From assembly GCA_046563655.1 (NCBI GenBank), contig CM102290.1, forward strand, positions 12,772,001-12,836,000: DNA of 64,000 bases. Direction: 5' to 3'. The DNA is from Yuukianura sp. NJ FZ-2021 (taxonomy: Eukaryota). Under the pieces are notes generated by a model, which was not told where the DNA came from, ran no database searches, and was given only the letters and a program-made list of their open reading frames with translations. A program made the translations under genes and the position numbers. Positions 11,612-22,770 of this stretch are shown piece by piece; the stretch's first letter is position 1; each line of letters opens with the position of its first letter.

Positions 11612-14600
11612 AAGTTAGGATAATAGTTAACTTTGTTTTATTAAACCATTTTCTATTGTTAGCTAATATGTTTGTCATGTATACAACAATTGAGTGAATA
11701 CGGAACAAAACCGATAGCACTACTGCGTATACCTCTAAAGTGAAATGTAATTGTGTAAAGTAAGGACACAATTAATTACGAATTAATTCTAATGATAAGT
11801 CATATTTATTAAATATAGAAATGTTATTCAAATAAAAACAGTTTATATGAACACTCTTCAATTTAAGTTGCTCTAATATCTTTGATTAAAGAAATAAAAA
11901 CGACACAATCACACTAACATGCAAAATTAATATAAGTGTGCAGCATTACTAGCAAAAATAACATTTAAAAACCTAAATTTTTGTAAAAAAAAAAAAAAAT
12001 TTTTTTTAAAAAAAAAAACCGAAGAGAGAGGCACTTCGATTACTTTCGTGCAAGAAATCAGCTACATTCGCCTCATCTTTTGTCGAAGTACTTTTCAAAA
12101 AAAAAGGGGCTAAATTTGAAAGAAATGGATGAATGTTTTGTGTGAGAAGACAAGTTCCGCGTAATTCCAAATATTAAGTTGATTAGGTTTATTTTAGGTT
12201 GAGCATATCGTAACCTCCAAGATAAGGCTTATGTTGCACTGAGACCAATAGAGAATGCTGCTTTCTCCTATCCGCTTGGCCTCATTTCCATATGTCGTCT
12301 TTGGAGACAGTCATGATTGAAATTTGGATACGGAGACGTTTGCTGGGTCTCTGCTGAGCCTCGAGGCATTTGAATTCCCCGCTTTTCTTGTCTCCCTCAT
12401 CAACGCAGCAGGAAGACTCAGAGTCAAGACGCAAACTTTTCTCTGAGGAACACATGGTGGAAGGAACTGCAGGAGAAAGTCGAAACAGTTATTAAAAGAC
12501 TTCCACTTCCCTAGAGACTTAAGCACAACCACAGTTCCTGGCACAGACCCTTAAGGACCCCTCCAAAATGTACAACAAAAGTCTAATATGGCGCAAACAT
12601 TTTAAAAAGTACTGGCAAAGGGTTCAAGGACCTCAACTAGGACTTACTGTATGGCTTGTAGCATTCGTAGTGGTAAAACCAAACAGTGAAAATGGTTAGG
12701 ATTAGTGTTGGTGGATGCTAAAACGTCCAGTGGCTTAATTGCCACTTGCACTGGACATCCACTGGACAAAATGGGGTCCTACTGGACGGTGGATAGAAGA
12801 AATCAGCTGATTTTATAAACTCATTCAGCGCGAATTTCAAATAAATTTAAATAAAATATTATGAGATAACTTTAATTAACTATTTTAACCGCTGTTGTGT
12901 AGCGTTTTTCATTTTCTTTCCAATTTTTATTTGCAAATTACTCATACCCCGCGGGTAACGCTCTGCCCCTTCGGATCCATCCATTTCGTCCATTTATTCC
13001 ACTGGATATCCACCGTTAACATAGAAATTATCAATTTTGACAAATAAATGGAGAAAGTGTTTTTGAAAACTGAGTTTTTCCATAAGCGTCGCAATGGAAG
13101 AGAAAAAACGACGAAAACAAAAGTGCCTTCTAAAAATAGATAAACTATAATATATACGTTAGAGTTGTTAGATTTTTAAAAATTTAAAATTGAAACTGCA
13201 TATATTTTTTAAATATTAAGAAAAAACTGTTTTCTCGACTGCAACGCGCTGCTTACGGGGATTTAGGCTTCCTAAGGAACTGGATCGTCTTTGCTCCGTG
13301 AACCAGAAGAGAGTTGAGGCGGTGGTTGAATTTTGATTTTGAATGGCAGTTTTCAAAATTTTGGTGAAGACGGCGGGAAATGACTTCTGCATGATGGAGT
13401 TCCTACGAACCTCTTCAACTTATGGTTTAGGTGGGATTTTTTGAAAATTCTGTCTAAGATATGTTGAAAGTAAGTTCTCACTCGTGCACAAATTGGTTTA
13501 ATGAGGTGGCTTTCGGGGTTTTATACGAGCTGTGGCATGCCTCAAGAACTCTACTCTCAGTTTTACCCTAAATAGTCTAGATTTAAGGTGAAATTTTTGA
13601 AGCGTATTTTGGAGGGATTACATGAAATGACAGGTTTTGGATTCTCAGCCTCCGGATTTTGGCTGGGTCTTCAAAAATCCGGAAATAGGAATCCTCCTTC
13701 TGCTCAGGTTGAGCTTAGTTTCAATCAATCAAAACAGCAATCAATTTCCGGCAGTTCAGAATACGTCTCGCTTTTCTCAAAATAGGGAAATGAGATTTCT
13801 ACTTTCTACTTTCACTCCCATGTGAATTACACACACGCTCTCCTCTACACTGGTCCATTTGAGTTAGTTTCTATGCTCAGGATTCTACCGTAACGTTAAC
13901 AAGAAGTAGAGTTTGAACTGCGTTTTGGAACTATGTGCTGGCTAAATACCTTAATGACTAAGCTATCCCCCTGCCAACATGTAAATTGAACAAAGTGAAG
14001 ACGTTTCCCGAGACAGTTCCCGGGAGAATTTAAAATGGCATTCTCGTCTCCATGTTTCTCGTAGCTGGTTATGGAGTATGCTTCCAAGTGGAAGTTATTT
14101 CGTAGGAAATGCAGAGTGTGGAACACAGAACCACTTGGAGATGTCGTAGGAAATTAGAAACCCATCCGGGAGCAATATCTCTCTCCAAATTGCGTCTAAA
14201 AACTTTTTCTACCAGAAACAGAAACAAGTTGGAATTTGAAACGAAGTCAAATCAGTCACCCGCTGCCACAACGCCAGTTATGAACTCTGCTCTAGGTACT
14301 GAAACTCCGAAAAAAAAAACGCTCAATAGCCTGCGTTCCACGACGCTCCTGAACGGATTTTACGCAATTTTTGACATCTCCGATGGTTGTACATAGGATA
14401 CGACTTTAGTTTTTTAAATACTTAACAAAATTAGGAATGCTTATTAAAAATATGTTAAATTTAGAAACTTATTTGGGTTCTGTTAAATAAATTGAACATT
14501 TTATGCTTAAACCAACATTAATCAACTAAACAATTTAGTTTTTCTGGATACCACAAAACTGACATCGTTCAAGTTCAAACCATTACCGCATGTCAGTTGT

Positions 14601-14768
14601 TAATGGTCCATATGCTCATCCATTGTCCAAGTTCCTGTGAAACACATTCAACTGCCAACGAGTGAAACATTTTCACACAAATTGGTTCAAGGTATAAAAC
14701 AATTTCCAAATATTTGAATTTGAATTTTTAGTTTTACTTGAGCCCGCGTTTTTAAAAAAGTCCACACC

Positions 14769-15506
14769 ATGAAGGTTCTAACGGGAGCTGTACTTTGTAT
14801 GTGCATATTTGCGTCAGGAATTGCAGACGAGCCTCAAAATTCGGTAGATTCTGAGCCGGATTCAGGGGTGAGTTCTGATGCCGACTTCTGGCAGGGGTTT
14901 GACGGAGCTGAGTATATTACAGAGCTCACTGACGCTACGCACGACGATTTCACGAAGAATAATTCAAAGGCGTTTATCATGTACTACACAACATGTAAGG
15001 CATTAATCACAGTACACACTCAAATGAATTATAAATGAATTATATATTGACAGTTAAGTTAAATACTTAGCTGACACAAGTGTATATATGTATTATATAT
15101 CATATTATATGCATCTATTATATACTGTGTTACAGGTAAATAATTAATGTTAGGGAAGTGTCAATTCACTATATTATTCGTGTCCAGGGTGCGGTTACTC
15201 CAAGGACGCCAGGAAGGGTTTTGCTGGAGCGGCGAAGCAAATGAACCAAAAAGTATCTTTTGGAGCCGTTGATTGTAGCAACAACAAAAACGTAATTCAA
15301 TGATAAGGGATGAATTTCAAACACATTTTGGTTCTCGGAACTCAAAGTTACACCTTTGTTCATTTTTTGAAAAGTCTTGTCATGGTGGCGCCCATCCAGT
15401 AGATGGCTATCCAACATTCTACTTCTACAAAGATGGTGCTTGGGTCGAGGAATACCGAAGTCAACGAACAACACAGGCCTTCGTACGCTACCTCAACAGG
15501 AAGTGA
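14769..15506 (+). CDS. Secreted single-domain thioredoxin/PDI-like protein with a WCGYS active site; exons 14769-14994, 15188-15291, 15375-15506
   Basis: Hydrophobic signal peptide. The in-phase splice gives ITELTDATHDDF..KAFIMYYTT-WCGYSK..FAGAAKQM..FGAVDC..VDGYPTFYFYKDG..EYRSQRTTQAFVRYL. The 3' end is slightly uncertain because a GTGAG donor overlaps the stop. Confidence 0.85.
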
Positions 15507-15626
15507 GCTTAGACCAAAAACTTGATTTTTTGTAAAATTGAAATAAATTGGTTCAAACAAAAATGTGTGCATGAGGTAAAGTTGCTTCGCTTAGTTTTGA
15601 AACTCTGTTCCTTCAACTACACAAAA

Positions 15627-15852
15627 TCTTCTTTTCAAAATGCCACAGATTGTTGACAAACTACCTAAGATTCAGACTTTAGGTTAGCCATACGGCATGC
15701 ATGAAAAATTCTTCTTTTTTTTTCAAAATATGAAACTTTTGATCCATAACTGGCACGTAAAATGCAATTCTTCATTCGCTGGATTTTGAAGCATTTTGTA
15801 CGTCACATACAAAACGTAATACCAAAAATCATACTGCTGAAGCAGAGGATGG
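15627..15852 (+). repeat. Diverged direct repeat, copy A (copy B at 17337-17539)
   Basis: Shared blocks cttcttttcaaaa, ttgttgacaa, ttagcc..atgcatgaaaaat, tcttcattcgctgga, acgtcacatacaaaacg, aaatcatact and tgaagcagag.atgg, in the same order. Confidence 0.85.
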
Positions 15853-16017
15853 TTTTCACATGATAAAGAATTATCAGTATTTATATTATCTCTGCTTATT
15901 GTTATCTCTGCACATAGATGAAATTTAAACATTTGAATATAGTAACACGACGTGTAACAACAAACAGCATCAAAAAATTGAGGCAGCCAAAATATTCAAC
16001 CAATAAATTGAAAAAAA

Positions 16018-16744
16018 ATGGTAAGAAAAGTGGGAATTAGTTTAATTAAATAATTGAAATTAAACGAAGTATACTAAAGGACAATTTTGAATATTCTAGC
16101 CAAGAAAGTGCGAAGTCTGTGGCAAGTTATCGGAATTGATGTGCAAAAACTGTTCGGACTACTATGATGACGTAACATTGACCTATGGAAAACTGACAAG
16201 GAAGAGAGTGAATATTGCCTTTTACTGTTCTAAACAACATCAAGTCCAACACTGGAGTACTCATAAAGAGGAATGCTACTCAGCAAGGGTTAATAGAGCT
16301 TTTAAAAAACCGACTAAAACTGTCGATGTTTTGTACAATTGTGCAATGGACGATGTGATGCCTACCGAAAACGGTGTCCTGGTAGACTATGGTTTCGTAA
16401 ATTGTAAAACTCAACAAGAAAAAATCAACTTATTGGGGCTTTACCAAGGATTGTTGAAGTACCTTCTCTGCCACCCCGATGAACTGCACAACGCTTGTAT
16501 CACTGGAAAATTAGCAGAGTTTATAATTCAGGAAAATACATACGTATGCGACGATCCAAAACAATATTCCTATTACTTCAAGTGGTTTTTGAAAAATCAA
16601 GATATTGTTCGTAACGTCTATCCTATTTCGTCTGATTCTTCAAATGATGCTTATGCGGCTTCAATTTTTCATCGCCTAGGCCTACCCTCTTTAGTCATCA
16701 CAGAGGACAACGATTCCCAAATGACGGCAAATGTGGACTGTTGA
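16018..16744 (+). CDS. MYND-type zinc finger protein with an uncharacterised helical C-terminal domain; exons 16018-16020 (ATG only) and 16100-16744
   Basis: ATG|GTAAG donor and TAG acceptor at 16097-16099 are in phase. Translation: CEVC..CKNC..YCSKQHQVQHWSTHKEEC (MYND pattern). AATAAA at about 16833. Confidence 0.85.
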
Positions 16745-16866
16745 ACTCGTTAGTATTATATTGAGAGTTTCATAACATTCGTAATACAGCCATTACAAGG
16801 CAATCAACTATTATAGTAAAAAAATGCGAATTTAATAAAACCTTATGAAACAATATAACATTCACA

Positions 16867-17173
16867 ACAAGGTTCGTAAACAAAGCCAATGTTTTTTTCT
16901 ACAACAGGTTATCCTGCAGCTAGGGTTTTACGATTTTGTTAAAAATTTTCAAAAAATGAAACCGAATGAACTTTACCACCATGTTTATGGCAGTTTTTAG
17001 CTTTTTTTTTTAATAAATGTGGGATTTAGTGTTCAAAATTTGAAAAAAAAAATTGGGGAAAAAAGAAGAAACAAAATTGGTGCAGAAATTTAGTTGAAGT
17101 AAGATTTTTGGATACCCGGAGTTGTTGGACAACCTATTCTAGGAAATACAATTCTATTGTCTACTAACCTTGT
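16867..17173. mobile_element. MITE family A, two-ended copy
   Basis: acaaggtt..ctacaacaggtt at the left end and gagttgttggacaacct..aggaaatac..aaccttgt at the right end. Confidence 0.65.
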
Positions 17174-17336
17174 ATTCACAATGTTTTCCAGTGTCAGAGT
17201 GGCTAGTGCGCTTACTTAGCTTTTCTTGACGTAGTTTGCAACGATTGTTGGGTAGTAAATACATTTAGAATAACATAATTAGAATGATGAAGCAGTGCCA
17301 GGACTCCATTTCTTTTATTTACGTTTAGAAACTAAG

Positions 17337-17539
17337 CTTCTTTTCAAAATTTTGTAAGCTTGTTGACAACTCCTCTTGTTTACTAATTGTAGGATTAGCC
17401 GCACGGTATGCATGAAAAATCACTTTTTTGAAAACATGAAAGTTTTGAGCAACTCTTCATTCGCTGGACGTTGAAGCACTTTGCACGTCACATACAAAAC
17501 GAAAAACCATAAATCATACTTTTGTGAAGCAGAGTATGG
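17337..17539 (+). repeat. Diverged direct repeat, copy B
   Basis: Colinear with 15627-15852, with one internal deletion. Confidence 0.85.
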
Positions 17540-19565
17540 CGACAAACTGCAACTGATTTTATGGCAGTTGTAAAGAAAATTGCTCCCTGACGTTTACAGC
17601 TTCTCGAGATCATTTTCAAATTTACATTTTAAAAATCTCCCCTCCAGAGTGCCTCTTCCCCATCAAACTAAAAAGGTGTAAACAAGTCTGTTCAAAAACA
17701 ACGAAATCATCGAAACAAAAACAATCGAAAAGCAAAATTCTAGACTTTGTTGTTGAACTCGTTAGGAAACCGAACAGAACCATGTTTTTTTTTCTGACTA
17801 CTTTTCAGTTGTGTACAAAAAGTCAGAAAGTCTTGCAAATCCTTGACTTTCCCTCTGTTCATGCATTTCCGCTTTAAAGTTTTAGAACCGCTTTGAATAA
17901 AGACTACTTTTGCACTAGGAAGACACTTGATCCAAGAAAAGATGTAGCCTGCACAGGGCCCATTGACATCAAAAGTAGAAAAGATGTATCTGTTCCATAG
18001 AAAAATAAGACTTTCCAATTGAAGTCTTGTGACTTTCCAAAGTAAAGGGAAATGATCATAATACTCAAGATCATCCGAATCTCCTTTTATGGGAGATGTC
18101 CTATAAATTTACATAGGAATACACATAACTCTGCTAAGGAAACGGGGTAATCGGATACTCCTATTTCTGGGAGTCAATAGAACATCACAGTCCTCTGCAT
18201 TCTGATTACCCATTGGCAACTTCAATAAAATGTCACCCTCCTTCCAACCCATTCCAGGACTCTGAAGAACGGAAACTAGTGAACCTGTATCTTTATGAAC
18301 GGATACATGTAAACAGCACTTCTATGCGGCTACCACAGCCGAACTGTCCACAAAACTGTATGGTTTATATGTACAAGTCCATGAAGGTACCCGTGCATAA
18401 TTCCCCGCACAGGAGTGTCTGGCTACTCTTCCGACATTCTCCGTTAGAAGCCTTTGTTAACAGTGAAAGTTTTCATGGAAAAACGACCAAGATTCTCCTC
18501 ATGACTTTTGGTAGAAGAAAGTAATTTAATCAAGGGAACTGTCTTAATTTCTACTCTGTTTCAAAATATACTTGAACATTCTTGTTCTCAAGATCTAATC
18601 AAGTTCGTTTCGATTCCAATGAACTCAACATAGTAACGTATAAATCGGGATGAATATGGCATCCTGATATTTACATCAATCCAGTTCTGCCGTTCTGTCA
18701 GTAGGAAACATTTTGTTTTCTAAGTGTTGCAAATTTTTGAAAAAAAAAACATTCATGGCATTAGGAAAAACGTTTTTCAAACCTTTTCTAGGACTAGGAT
18801 CTGCATTCAAAACTAATTTAGAGGATGTATGAATTTTGCTTTTTTTGGTAGCTCATGTATTCTGCTTCCTGATTTTCCCAAATACGAATTTCGACGTCTG
18901 ACGTGCTTACTTCATTCCAGTGAAATACGATGTAAGCATCATCTAGTGGAACAGCAAATTGCAAAGGGCAAGACGCCCAAAGGATGCAACTTTTTATTCC
19001 CTCGACGTGAACCTGGAAGTCACCACCGAATAGTAATGGCAAAAGAGAGCATTGCATATACTATAATACCCAGTAATGCAACAATAATACGTTTAAGTTT
19101 AGAGGGTTCCCAAACAATTCCTGCATATGATTAAAGAAAACCTTAATTTTCAGGAGAAAACAATTCTTTTCTTCCAAAATTTGACAAATAACGTGCGCCT
19201 TATAGACGAGGAAGAACGGATGTGGTATAAATATTTTTTAATTATTCCAAAATTCCTCCAAAGTGCTTTGACGTGAAAGTAAAGAGCACTAACCCTGAGT
19301 TGTTAAAAGTGTCAAAGTTACAGTTTTCCGAGTTCTGCAATTAATAGTATAACTGATAAGATCATTTTACTGGAATTAATCATACCACGATATGCGTATT
19401 AATTTCATGTTAGTTAGGTTAAAGGTTAGAATCGAAAAATTACAGTTTCCTTCTAGTCTATCCGAACCTTAGTCGTCTAAATCAAATAGTAATTCTGTTT
19501 AACTAATTTACTAATTTAATATAAGAGGCTGTTCTAACCTTTACTTAATTAATCTTCCACTTTAA

Positions 19566-19994
19566 TTATTTATCATATTTTTTATTTTGCTCTTTCAGTA
19601 AAACTTTTTTCAATTCTCTTTTAAAATTCCGTACTTCACCTTGCAAATTCTTCTTATTATTGCAAAGCTGTATTGATCTAGTTTGAAATGTAGTTAAGCT
19701 CTTTTTCAGAGTAATCTCTTTAGTGACATGCATTTTCATGTGGTTAAGAGGTTGATGACGTAGGATACCTATGTACTTCACTGAATTTTTATAGTAATTT
19801 TTAAAAACATCAATACTGCTATCATTACCTAGTTTGTACATAAATGCAAGCACTGTATATTTAAACAATGCTTCTGGGTATAACCACTGTAACTCATTTG
19901 CCATATCTGCATAAATTTTTTCATCTCTTCGTTTATCAAATCTCATGTTAGTTGGCAACAAAATTTTCCTAAAACTGCACACAAGTCCTACCAC
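19566..19994 (-). other. AT-rich, Lys-rich 142-codon ORF of unknown status (orphan exon or decayed mobile-element coding sequence)
   Basis: Open frame longer than expected at this AT content. No clear ATG or splice structure. Confidence 0.3.
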
Positions 19995-20134
19995 GCTTTC
20001 ATTGAAATCAAAGAGCGTATAACTATTGAAAATTTTTAAAAAATTTCGTTTTATTTATTTATTTAAAATTTTTTTAATTTCAGAAGAAAATTTTTGTGTT
20101 GATTTTGGTTCATATTATTGAAAAAAGTTTTAGA

Positions 20135-20867
20135 ATGCCCGGAGGATGGTGCACAGTTTATGCCCCATGTACGGCACAATGTGAGGTCACAGGCTACTGG
20201 ATAATTTTCACTCCACCAGAGGAAAGATTTTCGGATTGGGACAGAATCAAATTTTTGACTGTTTACCGAAGAGCTCTTGGTTTCATGTCATCCATTTCCG
20301 TACAACCTATGACCATGGGGTAACCTTCCACTTTTAAAAGAAAAACTTCAATTTTGATAATTTTGGAACGCCGAAAAAGTTTGCACACTTTTCTTTGAAT
20401 TGTTCCGTTAGGTGGAGCGCTGGAAACTATACAATTTGTGTACACTGTAACGGCGCTGAGCATGGAGAGGAAGCACAAAGAGCGAAAGAAACTCTTTGCC
20501 AAAATGGATTTGCGTCAAAACTGCAGCGGTACAGACTTAAAAGTAGTGCTGGTCAAAAGACTCCTAGTCCAGAAATAATTACAATCGTATGTACTTCTAA
20601 ACCTAAAATATACTTAACCTTAAGTTATTCACTTAACCAATGTTAATTTGTAATTGGTTGCAGAATAAAGTAGATTTAGATGCCGGAAGCGATATGAAGT
20701 CTCACCTAGCCCCAACGGGAGAGTTGAATGACCTGAACGTTACAGCACATCTTTTGGAAATTGAAAAGAATGAATCCTTGAAACGAATTGCTGATGGTTT
20801 GGAAGAAGCAATTCGAATAGAAAAGTTTAAACTCGGCCTGGATCCTACTGCACGATTACCATTTTGA
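20135..20867 (+). CDS. Three-exon uncharacterised protein, possibly BLES03/C11orf68 (DUF1917)-like; exons 20135-20319, 20412-20586, 20664-20867
   Basis: Three ORF pieces join in phase through two canonical GT-AG introns. Motifs GYWIIF..W..I and YTICVHC..RAKETLCQNGF. Confidence 0.7.
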
Positions 20868-22770
20868 AAGCAGAAATGAAAAAAAAAATCATCATAATGT
20901 TATTGAAAATCAACATTTTAAACCGCATTGTTCAGTTGCATTTCAGACCAATTGGTTTCGTGGCAATTCATTCGGGCCAATTCGCTTCGGAGCAATTCGT
21001 TCTTACCAATGGCGTGCTACTGGAGAAAAGTACATGTCCATCAGGGAAATTTTAACTAATTCCATCACGATCCCTTAAGTATATGGAATACGAAAAGATC
21101 TGTGCGATGTAGTGTGAGTCTGAACAGAACGCAACGATCAAAACGTTTTTCAAAACCGGAATTGTCTAAGTCGTATAAATTAAAAGCAAACTTGTGAATA
21201 AATTTCAGTTCTGAAGCTAATAGACTTTCTCGTTTTTTTTAACAATTTTGGTCAATAGTAACAACATGTAGTGGAGAGGGAAAAACCACACCATAGCAGA
21301 AATAACCGTGTGACATGTTTAAAACAGGAAATAAGAATTTGTAAAGTCAGTTATAGAAATATAAGTTCAGGACAGGTCATTTTCGATTACTCGATGACGT
21401 AGAATATGATAGTTATAAATACTATATGCAACTGCATTTGCATATTGAAAAATATTACACAACTAAAATTAAAATTAAAATTAAAAAGAACAAATTACTA
21501 ATAAAATTTTTTGTCTTACTTGCTTGTTAGTGTTCATGTTAAAATTAAGGCGAATTGCAGCAGAACTGAAGAAAAGCAGACGCTCAGTCAGTTAAGTAAC
21601 GCAAGCGTTGTTTCTGGACGTAAAAGCAAGACGTAAGAATAGCCTCTGACTTCCTAGAATTTATAGACGAAAGACAGACATTTGGCATAAACAGTTAATG
21701 TAGCAAGAAATATATTTCCAAGAAAAACTCATTCTTTACTGTTGGAATCAATGTGCCGTGGTATTTGTTTTTTTAACAACTTTTTCTTTTTCAAAACTTG
21801 AGAATTAACGCGGAATAAAGAAACGAAGTTTGCTAACTACAATACTTTACTCAATACTCAATAATTTATTAATCTGACTTGTTTTCTGCCGAAATTTCTT
21901 CAATCTGAGTCATTTTTCGTTATTTTCAATCACGGTTTAAATTATGGTTTAAACCATGGTTTCAATTATTTGATTTAAACCATACACACTCTGTTTGGAA
22001 TTATTGACTTAACCTACAATTGACCTATGTGAACATGAATCTTATCAAACGGTGAGTCAACACGTTATTCTCAGAATAAAAAAAAGTACCTAACGTCTGC
22101 ACACTCAAATCTTTTTCGCATGAAGATGCTTTCAGTTTATCAATGCATTTATGGAGGGAGAGATCTTGCATGCCAACACACCGATACTACTTCTAGGCTA
22201 ACCATAAACATTTCTAAATAAAACGTTTAAACTCTTGTTTTTTAGTACACATCATATATGTAAACATCCCAACAAAGTAGGTTAGGTTAGGTTAAAAATA
22301 AAAAAAAATACTTCGTAATTCATAAAACTGTCAATGTGTAAAATTAAGCCCACTAAAGCTAATTAATTTGAGTTAAAGTGTATATTTATTTCTGTAAAAC
22401 ATTTTTATATAAGTCCGATAATTGTTTTTGCATTTTTATTTTTACGATCCACTTTTTACTAATTTTGTGTCACAGATGAAATATAGTTATCTTAGAAATC
22501 TGTACAAATCTTAGAGGTGCTTAACTTTCTTTATATCCACTTTGGACGTTGAGGCGCAAAGTGTTGCATTAAAAAAAACTTGTGTAAATATAGTTGTAAG
22601 GCTTTGGTTTGGACACAAACGCCCCTCCATACCTGAACCATAACACCACCCTGTACCATCTAAAACTCAATCAGTGTGCACAAACAACTGCTTTGGAGTA
22701 CAGCTAAAAGTTTTTGCAGAAGACGCTACGACGAGTCTTTTGAAGTCGTCGCAGAAGTACTACTGTAACA

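Noticed and set aside
11985..12018. Poly-A/poly-T/poly-A run as a hairpin or retro-tail
   Set aside because: Low-complexity homopolymers, prone to error, with no associated element.
15649..15682. Possible fourth exon of the thioredoxin gene
   Set aside because: It lies inside the direct repeat and adds no retention signal. The in-frame TGA at 15504-15506 is simpler.
22277..22294. TTAGG repeats as an interstitial telomere
   Set aside because: Only about three units, which is too short to support.
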